Counted from the stretch's first letter, positions 14,435 through 27,497 are shown. The stretch: 64,000 nt of DNA from Escherichia coli (GCF_003334815.1 NZ_QOWO01000008.1), one strand, 5' to 3'. Numbers and translations: made by a program. Notes: generated from the letters alone by a model not told the origin.

Positions 14435-15100
14435 TTAATGCAGGCAGCACTGCTTAAATTTCTTACCACTACCGCACGGGCAAGGATCGTTACGCCCCGG
14501 TTTCTCTTCTGCTTTGATCGGTTGCTGAACAGCTTTTTCCTGCGGATGCGCCATCCAGTACGCATGTAGATCAAGCGCCGCCAGTCGAATGGCATCTACG
14601 CTCTCTTCAAACGCTTCTGGCGACATCTTTTCTACCCGCTCGAAGTTTTCCTCAGTACCGTGCAGCGCAATCGCCTCCAGCGCTGGTTTTAACGAATCGG
14701 GCAACGTTGACCAGTCAGAAAGTGCCACGCCCCGCATATAGCCAAAGCACCACTCCTCAACAATCGTCAGCTCGCTGCCATCAACTTCTCGCAAGCCGAA
14801 TAACGGCTCAAACTGCTCCGGGAATTCGTTCAGACGCTCTGCGGTATCGGCCATATGTTGAAAAGCCAGATTCATAAAGCGCGTCATCTCTTTCTCTGAC
14901 GCCCAGCGCGGCACATAGTCAGCCCCACCCCACACGGCAACCAGCCACTGTTCCGGTTCAATCTCTTGCGGAGAACTCAACACCGCCGTCAATAAACCGT
15001 CCAGCTCCGCCACATCAAGGATGGCGTGGTCAGTGTTGTATTTGGTCAGAATATCGTCCAGCCATTCCAACTCACTTTCGTTTAACGGTCCCGTTTTCAT
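14435..15100 (-). CDS. yecA: UPF0149/SEC-C motif protein YecA
   Basis: 221-aa ORF ending in the SecA-like metal-binding motif [13 protein letters not shown]; matches recalled YecA. Confidence 0.93.
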   Translation of the reverse strand: MKTGPLNESELEWLDDILTKYNTDHAILDVAELDGLLTAVLSSPQEIEPEQWLVAVWGGADYVPRWASEKEMTRFMNLAFQHMADTAERLNEFPEQFEPLFGLREVDGSELTIVEEWCFGYMRGVALSDWSTLPDSLKPALEAIALHGTEENFERVEKMSPEAFEESVDAIRLAALDLHAYWMAHPQEKAVQQPIKAEEKPGRNDPCPCGSGKKFKQCCLH

Positions 15101-15226
15101 ACGCTTTTCCTTGTGGATCTCAACTCGCCAGCACCTATCTTACATGCCGGTCCGTATCAGAGATACTTTTTGAGTGGCTTTGCTGGTGATTAAAAATTAA
15201 GGAGGGTGTAACGACAAGTTGCAGGC

Positions 15227-15252
15227 ACAAAAAAACCACCCGAAGGTGGTTT
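15227..15252 (-). terminator. Intrinsic terminator of the glyW-cysT-leuZ tRNA operon
   Basis: Minus-strand hairpin AACCACC-TTCG-GGTGGTT followed by U7, 44 nt downstream of the leuZ 3' end. Confidence 0.75.
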
Positions 15253-15295
15253 CACGACACTGCTTATTGCTTTGATTTTATTCTTATCTTTCCCA

Positions 15296-15382
15296 TGGTA
15301 CCCGGAGCGGGACTTGAACCCGCACAGCGCGAACGCCGAGGGATTTTAAATCCCTTGTGTCTACCGATTCCACCATCCGGGC
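15296..15382 (-). tRNA. leuZ: tRNA-Leu (anticodon UAA)
   Basis: Reverse complement reads GCCCGGATGGTGGAATCGGTAGACACAAGGGATTTAAAATCCC...GGGTACCA, 87 nt with encoded CCA. Confidence 0.95.
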
Positions 15383-15394
15383 TCGGGAAGAAAG

Positions 15395-15468
15395 TGGAGG
15401 CGCGTTCCGGAGTCGAACCGGACTAGACGGATTTGCAATCCGCTACATAACCGCTTTGTTAACGCGCC
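15395..15468 (-). tRNA. cysT: tRNA-Cys (anticodon GCA)
   Basis: Reverse complement reads GGCGCGTTAACAAAGCGGTTATGTAGCGGATTGCAAATCCG...GCGCCTCCA, 74 nt. Confidence 0.95.
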
Positions 15469-15522
15469 AAATTCTTCAGGCCTTTCAGCCAGACATCCGC
15501 TTGACGCCGATGTCTTTTAAAC

Positions 15523-15598
<76 letters not shown>

Positions 15599-15749
15599 AT
15601 TCATCAAGCAATCAGTTAATCACTTGATTTTATTATCGTCTGGCAATCAGTGCCGCCGTTCGATGCGTTGCATTCTACTTACCTGGCGCGATGAGTCAAC
15701 GATATTTTTCACCACTTTTGATCGTTTGCTGAAAATTACGCCGAAACGA

Positions 15750-16298
15750 TCACTGATCAAGCAAATCTGCACGCGCAGCGCTCAAATATTGCAACATTGA
15801 CCACAGAGTCAGTACCGCAGCCACAAAGAAAAGTGCAATACCGGCGTACTCAACCCAAATGTTCGGACGCCACAGCAGCCATGCCAACGCCACCATCTGG
15901 GCAGTGGTTTTCACTTTCCCAATCCAGGAGACGGCCACGCTACTGCGTTTACCCAACTCCGCCATCCATTCGCGTAGCGCAGAAATAATAATTTCACGGG
16001 CGATCATCGTTGCCGCCGGTAATGTCACCCACCAGCTGTGATAATGCTCGGTTACCAGCACCATGGCGATAGCCACGAGAACTTTATCTGCCACAGGGTC
16101 AAGGAAAGCACCAAACCGGGTACTCTGGTTCCAGCGGCGTGCCAGAAAACCATCGAACCAGTCAGTCACCGCCGCGACGCAGAAAATGAGCGCGGCGGCA
16201 AACGGCGACCAGGTGACAGGCAGATAAAAGACCAATACAAAGAATGGGATAAGGATGACACGGAACAGTGTAAGCAACGTAGGGATATTAAATTGCAT
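15750..16298 (-). CDS. pgsA: CDP-diacylglycerol--glycerol-3-phosphate 3-phosphatidyltransferase
   Basis: 182-aa ORF matching recalled PgsA; CDP-alcohol phosphatidyltransferase motif region DWFDGFLAR. Confidence 0.95.
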
Positions 16299-16354
16299 AA
16301 TGACGGGTAACTATCTGTTGTCAGTAAGATTACCCCTATGTTGCTACAGAGACA

Positions 16355-18187
16355 TCAATGTTTCAACGACCAGAAGATCTTTTCTGCCAGACCTTGCGAA
16401 ATACCCGGCACTTTTGCAATTTCCTCGACGCTGGCGTTACGTAAACCTTGCAAACCGCCCATATATTTCAACAACATTTGCCGACGTTTTGGCCCGACGC
16501 CTTCAATGGTTTCCAGGGAACTGGTATTTTTGACCTTCGCCCGTTTTTTACGGTGCCCGCCAATCGCGTGATCATGTGATTCATCGCGAATATGCTGGAT
16601 AACATGCAGCGCGGGTGAATCTGGCGGCAAACTAAATCCCTCACCTTCCGGCTCAAAGAACAGCGTTTCCAGTCCAGCCTTACGATCTGCTCCTTTGGCA
16701 ACGCCAAGTAGCAGCGGATGATTTTTATCCCATGAGACATCCAGTTCGGCGAAGACATTTTTCGCCTGCGCAAGCTGGCCTTTGCCGCCGTCGATAAGGA
16801 TCACATCCGGGATCTTACTGTCGTCAATGGCTTTACCATAACGCCGACGCAGCACCTGATTCATCGCCGCATAATCATCGCCCGGCGTGATGCCTGTAAT
16901 GTTATAGCGCCGATACTCCGCACGCAGCGGGCCGTTAGCATCAAACACCACACAGGAAGCGACGGTTTGTTCGCCCATGGTATGGCTGATGTCAAAGCAC
17001 TCCATCCGCTTCACTTCCGGCAATTTCAACACGCTGGCAAGCGCGGTCAGTCGCTGGTGAACGGTAGATTGCTGCGAAAGTTTGCTGGTTAAGGCCGTCG
17101 CCGCATTGGTGCGCGCGAGTTTCAGATAACGCGCCCTATCGCCGCGAGGTTTGGTTTGAACATTAATCTTGCGTCCCGCCAGTTCTGAAAGGGAATCGGC
17201 GAGCAGCGTTTTATCGCTAAGATTAAAATCGAGCAGGATCTCACCCGGTAAGGTGCGCATCTGGCTGCCTTGTAAATAGAACTGGCCTACGAAGGTTTCT
17301 ACCACCTCGCTCAGTTCCGTACCGCCAGGCACTTTCGGGAAATAGCTGCGGCTGCCGAGCACTTTGCCCTGACGAATGAACAATACGTGGACACAAGCCA
17401 TGCCCGCATCGAACGCCACACCAATAACGTCGAGGTCGTCGCCGGTATTGGAAACGAATTGTTTTTCGGTGACGCGTCGCACCGCCTGAATTTGGTCGCG
17501 AATACGTGCAGCTTCTTCAAACTCCAGATTCTGGCTGGCAGTTTCCATACGACTAATGAGTTGCGTAAGCACCTGATCATCTTTGCCAGACAAAAACAGG
17601 CGCACATACTCGACCTGCTGAGCGTATTCTTCTTCACTCACCAGTCCTTCAACGCACGGTCCCAGACAGCGCCCTATCTGGTATTGCAGACACGGACGCG
17701 AGCGATTGCGATAAACACTATTTTCGCACTGGCGAATGGGGAAAATCTTTTGCAGTAGCGCCAGTGTTTCACGTACGGCATAGCCATTCGGGAACGGGCC
17801 GAAATATTCACCTTTGGCATGCTTCGCACCACGATGCATCGCCAGACGCGGGTGGGTATCACCACTCAGGAAGATAAAAGGATATGATTTATCATCGCGT
17901 AGCAAAACGTTGTAACGCGGCTGATAGAGTTTGATGTAGTTGTGTTCCAGCAACAGCGCTTCGGTTTCTGTGTGAGTAACCGTTACATCAATTTGCTGGA
18001 TCTGGGCGACCAGCGCTTCGGTTTTGCGCGAAGCGAGGTTGCTACGGAAATAGCTGGAAAGCCGTTTTTTCAGGTCTTTCGCTTTGCCGACATAGATAAC
18101 CGTACCACCAGCATCGTACATGCGATAAACGCCTGGCTGGCTGGTTACGGTTTTTAAAAACGCTTTTGCGTCAAACTGATCACTCAC
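16355..18187 (-). CDS. uvrC: Excinuclease ABC subunit C
   Basis: 610-aa ORF matching recalled UvrC; start overlaps uvrY stop by 4 nt. Confidence 0.96.
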
Positions 18188-18840
18188 TGACTTGATAATG
18201 TCTCCGCATTACACAGACCATGGCGAATTGCCAGGTGAGTCAGCTCAACATCGCCATGAATGTTTAGTTTACTGAACATACGATAGCGGTAGCTGTTCAC
18301 CGTTTTCGGACTGAGATTGAGCTGTTCTGAGATCTCATTGACCTTCTGGCCCTTGGTGATCATCAGCATAATCTGCAATTCACGTTCAGACAAACTGGCA
18401 AATGGGCTTTCTGTTTTTTCTGGTTCGATCTGGCTTAACGCCATTTGTTGAGCGATGTCAGAAGCAATGTAACGCTGCCCTGAATAGACAGAACGAATCG
18501 CACTCACGACTTCCTGCGGAGCCGCGCCTTTGCTGAGGTAGCCCGCAGCACCGGCCTGCATGACTTTCGCTGGTAAAGGGTTTTCTGTATGGACGGTAAG
18601 CATGATGATTTTGACATCAGCTGTGGAACGCGCGATTTTACGCGTCGCCTCAAGACCGCCAATGCCCGGCATACTCATGTCCATTAGCACCACGTCAACG
18701 GCATTTGTCCGGCACCACTTAACGGCGTCTTCACCGCACGATGCCTCACCGACGACTTTTATACCCTTTATATCTTCCAGAATGCGTCGTATCCCTGCGC
18801 GCACCAGTTCGTGGTCATCAACAAGTAGAACGTTGATCAA
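18184..18840 (-). CDS. uvrY: Response regulator UvrY (BarA partner, FixJ/LuxR family)
   Basis: 218-aa ORF with receiver domain and C-terminal HTH; matches recalled UvrY. Confidence 0.96.
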
Positions 18841-19298
18841 AGGAATATCTCCAGAAATAGGGATAACGCTACTGATAGTTAGTCATTCGTATATTAGCGG
18901 TTTTTATTGCAACTTTGAAACGTTAAAAATGGTGGGTATTCGATTTTTCTCTCGTTTTTGTCAATTCGATTGTCCACAGTTATGGTCACGCCCGTCACCA
19001 ACGGCTTACCGGATCGTTTCACAGTAAGCCCTGCGACGAAATGTGACAAAAATTACCTTTATTCAGCAAAAATGAAAATCAGCCCGCTGAATATGTAACA
19101 TTAATTAACCCGAACAATACGGGCAAAAAACATTCATGATAAAAATATTTATTGGTCATTATATTAACGCATTTAATAGCACCGTTGACGATACGCTCAA
19201 AAAACAACCACTGCTATTTTTAGCAAAGCTTATGGTATACTCCGCCGCCTTAACATTTTTCACCGCAAATTTTCATTGCAACATGACGAGGAAAATAA

Positions 19299-19523
19299 AT
19301 GAGTACGCCTGATTTTTCTACTGCCGAGAATAATCAAGAACTGGCAAATGAAGTCTCCTGCCTGAAAGCGATGCTGACGCTGATGCTGCAGGCGATGGGA
19401 CAAGCTGACGCGGGCCGCGTGATGTTAAAGATGGAAAAACAGCTTGCGCTGATCGAAGACGAAACCCAGGCTGCAGTATTTTCCAAAACGGTTAAGCAAA
19501 TTAAACAAGCCTACCGTCAGTAA
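19299..19523 (+). CDS. yecF: DUF2594 protein YecF
   Basis: 74-aa ORF matching recalled YecF. Confidence 0.88.
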
Positions 19524-19590
19524 TATAAAACCGGCTGATAGCGTGCCTTTCAGCCGGTTTTTGCATCTGGCACGCAGGACAGAAAAGAGA

Positions 19591-20313
19591 TCAAATTAAG
19601 CCAGTAGCGGCCGCGTAACAGGCAACCTGGGTCTTATTCGGTGCATTGATTTTTTTCTGCATGTTTTTCTGATGGAAATTGACCGTATTCTCAGAGATTG
19701 ACAAAATCATCGCTATCTCTGCTGATGTCTTCCCTTCCGCCGTCCATTTCAAAATTTCTTTTTCGCGCTTGCTGAAATTCATCTCTGGCGTCATCACTAT
19801 TTCATCATTTAAACGCATCAGAGCCATCAGACTTTCGCGCACCAGTAACTGCATTTTTAATTGCAGTTCATCACTAAGAATGGGTATTTCGCGCGCGCTG
19901 CTACGGGAAAAGGACAAAAAGCCCAGCGCCCGGTTTGGCAGCATTAAATACTGAGTGACACCGCGGCGTAAACCATGTGCGCGCGCGGCTTCCCATAACG
20001 GCTGTGCTTCGCTGAATAAGTCATCATTCCACATTAAATGGCCCTGACTAAAGTTTTCAGGGTTCAGCACCGGATCAATTGCGAGAAAGTTTTTTGCCTG
20101 ATAATAACTAACCCACGCCTCAGGGTAATTGGTGTAGAAAGCCACTTTAGGTCGCGTGAATGGTACCGGGTGGCGAACACATAACGAATAGTAATCGTAC
20201 TCTAGCTGCTGAGCCTGAAGCTCTATTTCATGGTAGACCTCTTCTGCGGCCTCCATCCTCTGAAAACGCAACAGCATCGTGCGACGCCAGCTGAAAAAAT
20301 CCGTATCCTGCAT
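19591..20313 (-). CDS. sdiA: LuxR-family orphan quorum-sensing regulator SdiA
   Basis: Track ORF starts at 20325 (MRFTMQDTDFF...); recalled SdiA (240 aa) begins MQDTDFFSWRRTMLLRFQ at ATG 20313. Confidence 0.94.
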   Translation of the reverse strand: MQDTDFFSWRRTMLLRFQRMEAAEEVYHEIELQAQQLEYDYYSLCVRHPVPFTRPKVAFYTNYPEAWVSYYQAKNFLAIDPVLNPENFSQGHLMWNDDLFSEAQPLWEAARAHGLRRGVTQYLMLPNRALGFLSFSRSSAREIPILSDELQLKMQLLVRESLMALMRLNDEIVMTPEMNFSKREKEILKWTAEGKTSAEIAMILSISENTVNFHQKNMQKKINAPNKTQVACYAAATGLI

Positions 20314-20542
20314 AGTAAACCGCAACGCCCCTGAGAGTGAGTATCATTTATAATGATAATTCAAACTATCACATAAATAAGATTTATATATAATTTATAT
20401 TATTCAGGCAATGAATTACTTTTGCAAGCCATCGCATTCTCTTATGTTATTAATGAGTTATGCTGATTTGTTAAGCTGTTTTATCACGCTTGAAATGGCG
20501 TCCCGCCCCGACAGGTGAATCGTCGGGGCTGATTTTTTCTTA

Positions 20543-21295
20543 TTATTGCAGCAGAAACTTCTCGAGGAACTGGCGGGTGCGAGGCTGCTGGGGATCGGCA
20601 AATAACGCTTTTGCTGCCCCCTGCTCGACTATCCGCCCCTGGTCCATAAAAATCGCCCGGTCCGCAACATCCCGGGCAAAGCTCATTTCGTGCGTCACAA
20701 TCACCATCGTGCGCTTTTCCTGCGCCAGCTGACGGATGGTGTTCAGGACTTCGCCCACCAGCTCTGGATCCAGCGCCGACGTTGGCTCGTCAAACAAAAT
20801 CACCTCAGGACGCATTGCCAGCGCACGTGCAATCGCAACACGTTGCTGTTGACCGCCAGACAAACGACGTGGATAGCTGGTTTCTTTACCGGCCAGCCCA
20901 ACTTTCGCCAACAGCTCGCGAGCGCGCGCCGTGGCCTCTTCTTTCGGTTCGCCTTTGACGATCACCGGCCCTTCAATAATGTTTTCCAGCACCGTACGAT
21001 GCGGAAACAAATTAAAGTTCTGGAAGACAAACCCGACGTGCTGACGCAACTGGCGAATCAGCGATTTTTGCTGACTTAATGAACGTGCAGTATCAATAGT
21101 GATATCGCCAACGGTGATAGTTCCCGCTTCCGGTTGTTCCAGCAGATTTATGCTGCGTAGCAACGTGGTTTTGCCGGAACCACTCGGACCGATAATTGCC
21201 ACCACTTCGCCAGGCTTTACCTCAAGGTCGATACCGTGCAGCACCGTCTGACCGTGAAATTTTTTCACCAGGTTCTTAACTTCAATGGCACTCAT
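20543..21295 (-). CDS. tcyN: Cystine ABC transporter ATP-binding protein
   Basis: 250-aa ORF with Walker A GPSGSGKTT and ABC signature LSGGQQQR; matches recalled YecC/TcyN. Confidence 0.94.
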   Translation of the reverse strand: MSAIEVKNLVKKFHGQTVLHGIDLEVKPGEVVAIIGPSGSGKTTLLRSINLLEQPEAGTITVGDITIDTARSLSQQKSLIRQLRQHVGFVFQNFNLFPHRTVLENIIEGPVIVKGEPKEEATARARELLAKVGLAGKETSYPRRLSGGQQQRVAIARALAMRPEVILFDEPTSALDPELVGEVLNTIRQLAQEKRTMVIVTHEMSFARDVADRAIFMDQGRIVEQGAAKALFADPQQPRTRQFLEKFLLQ

Positions 21296-21960
21296 TTTGG
21301 TTCTCTCTCCTGGCGATTAAGTTGATTCTCAAAATGGTTCTGCAACGTCGATAATACTGTCGCCATGATCCAGTAGATGAGCGAAGCCGCCAGGTACATG
21401 GTGAACACCTCCAGCGTGCGCGAGGTAATCAACTGCGCCTGACGGAACAGCTCCGGCACCTGAATTGTCGCGGCCAGCGACGTATCTTTTACCAGGCTGA
21501 TAAAGCTGTTCGACAGCGGCGGCAACGCCACCCGCGCCGCCTGTGGCAAAATCGCGCGACGCATAGTCTGCCATGGCGTCATACCAATACTGGCAGCTGC
21601 TTCCCACTGACCTTTATCAATAGAAGAAATGGCGGCGCGCAGCGTTTCGGCAGCATAGGCGGCAGTGTTGAGCGACAGACCAATCATTGCTGACGGAATG
21701 GGATCTAATTCGATACCAAACTGCGGCAGGCCGTAATAGATCATAAACAGTTGTGCGATGAGCGGTGTACCACGAAAAATAGAGATATAAAAACGCGCCA
21801 GCCAGCGCACGGGCCAGATTGGCGACAGGCGCATCAGCGCGAGAATAAACCCGAGCAGTAAGCCAAAAAACATGCCGCCGATACTGAGTTGCAGCGTATA
21901 CCCAGCCCCTTTCAGCAGGAACGGCAAGGAATCAATAACCAGTTGTATACTTTCTTGCAT
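21292..21960 (-). CDS. tcyL: Cystine ABC transporter permease
   Basis: 222-aa membrane ORF matching recalled YecS/TcyL; 4-nt overlap with tcyN. Confidence 0.93.
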   Translation of the reverse strand: MQESIQLVIDSLPFLLKGAGYTLQLSIGGMFFGLLLGFILALMRLSPIWPVRWLARFYISIFRGTPLIAQLFMIYYGLPQFGIELDPIPSAMIGLSLNTAAYAAETLRAAISSIDKGQWEAAASIGMTPWQTMRRAILPQAARVALPPLSNSFISLVKDTSLAATIQVPELFRQAQLITSRTLEVFTMYLAASLIYWIMATVLSTLQNHFENQLNRQEREPK

Positions 21961-21974
21961 GAGCGTTCCCGGAG

Positions 21975-23866
<1,892 letters not shown>

Positions 23867-23953
23867 ATTCACCCCGAATGTTGTTATGTCTGTTTGCAGT
23901 GTAGAGCCATTGTTTGTAAACACAAAAACAACTCCGCTACATCTTATTCTTAT

Positions 23954-24505
23954 TTAATATATATCAGAAGAAGGCAGGCTGGAGGATTTCTGCACAAGTC
24001 CGGTACAGGTTTGGCGCTGATAGTGTTGATACTTCCGTAACGCGATGCGGTAATTGTTGGTGCTGGTGGTGGGCAGCCACGGGGCGAGGATTTCATCAAG
24101 GAAACCGTCCTGCAGCTGTTCGAGGGAAATATTTTGCTCGTGTAGATGATTCCCCAAACGGCGCAAACGAACGACATATTCACGCACCGTACCTGGGCTC
24201 ATTTCAGTTTGCTCAAAAAGAAATTGCTTAAAGCCGATAATATCGAAAAAATCACTCTGCGTTTTGCAGTGTAAATCACCGCAAAATCGGCACAATGCCG
24301 CCCATGATTGTTGTTCCACTTGCCAGCCATTTTCATCAAGCAGCGTGTCCAGGCGGGAAATCTCGATTTTATTCACTATTTTGCCGTCGCGAACTAAGGT
24401 AATGCGATCGAGTAATTTACGGCAATGCGCACAATGGGTCTGGCTGTGTTTAAAGTCTTTAAGATAGCGGCTTAATGGCCGTCTTTTCAGGTGCTGCACC
24501 ATCAT
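23954..24505 (-). CDS. fliZ: Flagellar/curli regulatory protein FliZ
   Basis: Track ORF 195 aa; recalled FliZ (183 aa) begins MMVQHLKRRPLSRYLKDF at ATG 24505. Confidence 0.93.
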   Translation of the reverse strand: MMVQHLKRRPLSRYLKDFKHSQTHCAHCRKLLDRITLVRDGKIVNKIEISRLDTLLDENGWQVEQQSWAALCRFCGDLHCKTQSDFFDIIGFKQFLFEQTEMSPGTVREYVVRLRRLGNHLHEQNISLEQLQDGFLDEILAPWLPTTSTNNYRIALRKYQHYQRQTCTGLVQKSSSLPSSDIY

Positions 24506-24550
24506 TAAGAACTCCTGGTAGTCAAAGTTAAAGTGCGGCATTTACTGACG

Positions 24551-25270
24551 TTATAACTTACCCAGTTTAGTGCGTAACCGTTTAATGGCCTGGCTGTGTA
24601 ACTGACTGACCCGCGATTCCCCGACCTCCAGCACCGCGCCAATCTCTTTGAGATTCAGCTCTTCCTGGTAATAGAGGGTTAATACCAGTTTTTCGCGCTC
24701 CGGCAGCGTTTCGATAGCTTCCATCACCCGCTGGCGCAGATTACTGTCCAGCAGTTGTTGTAGCGGGTTTTCTCGCTGATGATCATCAGTAACCAGTTCG
24801 ATGCTATCGCCGTGCTCTTCGCGCCACTCATCGTAGGAGAAGAGCTGGCTGTTATTGGTGTCGAGCAACATTTGGCGATAATCGGCAATATCGATCCCTA
24901 AACGTTCCGCTACCTCAGTTTCCGTGGCGTTGCGGCCAAGTTCCTGCTCCAGTTGCCCTATTGCCTGTGCCACTTCACGCGCGTTGCGTCGCACGCTGCG
25001 CGGCACCCAGTCACGGCTGCGAAGTTCATCCAGCATAGCGCCACGGATACGCTGCACTGCGTAAGTTGTAAATGCCGTTCCTTGTAGGGCGTCATAGCGT
25101 TCGACGGCATTAAGTAACCCAATGCCGCCCGCCTGTAGCAGATCGTCAAGTTCCACGCTCGCGGGCAGTCGAACCTGCAGGCGCAATGCTTCGTGACGCA
25201 CCAGCGGGACATAACGCTGCCACAGCGAGTGTTTATCCATTACACCTTCAGCGGTATAGAGTGAATTCAC
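24551..25270 (-). CDS. fliA: Flagellar sigma factor sigma-28 (FliA)
   Basis: 239-aa ORF matching recalled FliA. Confidence 0.97.
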   Translation of the reverse strand: MNSLYTAEGVMDKHSLWQRYVPLVRHEALRLQVRLPASVELDDLLQAGGIGLLNAVERYDALQGTAFTTYAVQRIRGAMLDELRSRDWVPRSVRRNAREVAQAIGQLEQELGRNATETEVAERLGIDIADYRQMLLDTNNSQLFSYDEWREEHGDSIELVTDDHQRENPLQQLLDSNLRQRVMEAIETLPEREKLVLTLYYQEELNLKEIGAVLEVGESRVSQLHSQAIKRLRTKLGKL

Positions 25271-25391
25271 GATAAACAGCCCTGCGTTATATGAGTTATC
25301 GGCATGATTATCCGTTTCTGCAGGGTTTTTAATCGGACGATTAGTGGGTGAAATGAGGGGTTATTTGGGGGTTACCGGTAAATTGCGGACA

Positions 25392-25415
25392 GAAAAAACC
25401 CCGCCGGTGGCGGGG
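25392..25415 (-). terminator. Intrinsic terminator at the end of the fliC 3' UTR
   Basis: Minus-strand hairpin CCCCGCC-ACCG-GCGGGG followed by U6. Confidence 0.75.
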
Positions 25416-25447
25416 AAGCACGTTGCTGACAAATTACCATTCATGTT

Positions 25448-25546
<99 letters not shown>

Positions 25547-25589
25547 AATTTGGCGTTGCCGTCAGTCTCAGTTAATCAGGTTAGGACGA

Positions 25590-27302
25590 TTAACCCTGCA
25601 GCAGAGACAGAACCTGCTGCGGTACCTGGTTAGCTTTTGCCAGCACGGAGTTACCTGCCTGCTGAATAATCTGCGCTTTCGACATGTTGGACACTTCGGT
25701 CGCATAGTCGGCGTCCTGAATACGGGACTGCGCTTCGGACAGGTTGGTAGTGGTGTTGTTCAGGTTGGTGACTGCGGAATCCAGACGGTTCTGCACGGCA
25801 CCCAGGGAAGAACGGAATTTGTCTACGGATGCGATAGCATCGTCCAGCGCTTTCAGCGGATCCGTGGTCGCTTCAGATTTACCTGTAGCTTCAGTGGTCA
25901 GAGAGCCGTCAGCCGCTTTATACAGAGCCGCGCCGTCATCATCCAGAATATTGCCGTTAGCAAATTCGTGATAAGTTTCTGTGACAGTCTTGTTGGCCGC
26001 AGTCGTCAGTTCACCCTCAGCACCAATATTTACGGTCGCTCCACCTGTAGTAGCAGTTACTGCACCATCAGCGGCAACGTCATAAGACTGTGCGCCGTTA
26101 GCTACGGTATAAGCCTGACCGGTTAACGCAGTGTTCATATCTTCGGCGGATACCGTCGCGCCCTTAATATCCACATTGTTGCTAACCTGGGTGAAGTCAA
26201 CGGTCATGCCGCTGCCGAAGGTAATCTTCGCATCAACTGCATCATGACCATTCGCACCGTTGAAAATACCGTCCAACGTTGCCGCGGCTGGGCCGCCGGC
26301 CTGGTTTTTCGTCAGGTTACCGTCAGCACCAATGTATAAAGCATCGCCATTAGTATCCGTCAGGGTACCATCGCTGGCAATTTTAACTTCCTGAGCGCTA
26401 CCACCGATGGAGATCTGAGCCGTGTTATCGCCGTTTGCTGCATAGGCTTTCAGAACATCAGCAACTTTAGTTGAGCCCGCAGTACCATCACCATTAGTAA
26501 GTGCGGTTGCGTCAAATGAATAAGACTTGCTGGTTGCGTTGTAGGTATATGCAGTAGAAGCCGCTACGCCTAACCCATTGTTTGTGCCAGCATAACCGCT
26601 AATAGTGCTGCCGCCACTAACGCTAGCCAGCACATCGGTAGCTGTTGCTGCATTAAAGGTAGTAACAGTAGATTTAGTCCAGGTGCTATTGCCACTGACA
26701 ACTGCACTTTGGGAGAAGCCCGCAGCGGTCAGATCTGCTTCAGTGGCTTTTGCATTATCAACAGCGCCTTTACCGTTGACGTTGAAGCTGGTCAGCTTCA
26801 GTGTAGAAGAGTCGATTTTTTTCAGGTCAATCGTGATGGTTTCACCATCATTTGCGCCCACCTGAATTTTCATTGAACCGTCTTTGGACAACACATTCAC
26901 GCCATTGAACTGGGTCTGACCAGATACGCGGTCAATTTCATCAAGACGAGATTTGATTTCGTCCTGGATGGAGTCCAGGTCAGAATCGGAGTTAGTACCG
27001 GTAGTGGCCTGAACCGTCAGTTCACGGATACGCTGTAAGTTGTTGTTGATTTCGGACAGCGCGCCTTCGGTGGTCTGCGCAACGGAAATACCGTCGTTGG
27101 CGTTACGTGCAGCCTGAGTCAGGCCTTTAATGTTAGAAGTAAAACGGTTAGCAATCGCCTGACCCGCGGCGTCATCCTTCGCGCTGTTAATACGCAAGCC
27201 AGAAGACAGACGCTCGATAGAACTCGACAGCGCAGACTGGTTCTTGTTGATATTATTTTGAGTGATCAGCGAGAGGCTGTTGGTATTAATGACTTGTGCC
27301 AT
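25590..27302 (-). CDS. fliC: Flagellin (H-antigen); 570 aa with conserved D0/D1 termini and a central variable domain unlike the K-12 allele
   Basis: N-terminus MAQVINTNSLSLITQNNINKNQSALSSSIERLSSGLRINSAKDDAAGQAIANRF and C-terminus ...SKAQIIQQAGNSVLAKANQVPQQVLSLLQG are canonical; the central ~300 aa is Thr/Ala/Gly/Asp-rich. Confidence 0.96.
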   Translation of the reverse strand: MAQVINTNSLSLITQNNINKNQSALSSSIERLSSGLRINSAKDDAAGQAIANRFTSNIKGLTQAARNANDGISVAQTTEGALSEINNNLQRIRELTVQATTGTNSDSDLDSIQDEIKSRLDEIDRVSGQTQFNGVNVLSKDGSMKIQVGANDGETITIDLKKIDSSTLKLTSFNVNGKGAVDNAKATEADLTAAGFSQSAVVSGNSTWTKSTVTTFNAATATDVLASVSGGSTISGYAGTNNGLGVAASTAYTYNATSKSYSFDATALTNGDGTAGSTKVADVLKAYAANGDNTAQISIGGSAQEVKIASDGTLTDTNGDALYIGADGNLTKNQAGGPAAATLDGIFNGANGHDAVDAKITFGSGMTVDFTQVSNNVDIKGATVSAEDMNTALTGQAYTVANGAQSYDVAADGAVTATTGGATVNIGAEGELTTAANKTVTETYHEFANGNILDDDGAALYKAADGSLTTEATGKSEATTDPLKALDDAIASVDKFRSSLGAVQNRLDSAVTNLNNTTTNLSEAQSRIQDADYATEVSNMSKAQIIQQAGNSVLAKANQVPQQVLSLLQG

Positions 27303-27368
27303 GATTCGTTATCCTATATTGCAAGTCGTTGATTACGTATTGGGTTTCCACCCGTCGGCTCAATCGCC

Positions 27369-27395
27369 GTCAACCCTGTTATCGTCTGTCGTAAA
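27369..27395 (-). promoter_or_regulatory. Sigma-28 (class 3) promoter of fliC
   Basis: Minus strand reads TAAAGGTT-N11-GACGATAA (consensus TAAAGTTT-N11-GCCGATAA) upstream of the fliC start. Confidence 0.75.
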
Positions 27396-27497
27396 ACAAC
27401 CTTTAGAATTTTTTTCACAAACAGCCATTTTTTGTTAGTCGCCGAAATACTCTTTTCTCTGCCCCTTATTCCCGCTATTAAAAAAAACAATTAAACG

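Noticed and set aside
21329-21607. 92-aa minus-strand ORF within tcyL in an alternate frame
   Set aside because: Embedded in the tcyL permease frame; Gly/Ala-rich translation with no start context.
26605-26865. 86-aa + strand ORF and other small ORFs inside fliC
   Set aside because: Antisense or alternate-frame shadows within the flagellin gene; Thr/Ala-rich translations typical of the opposite strand of a repetitive gene.
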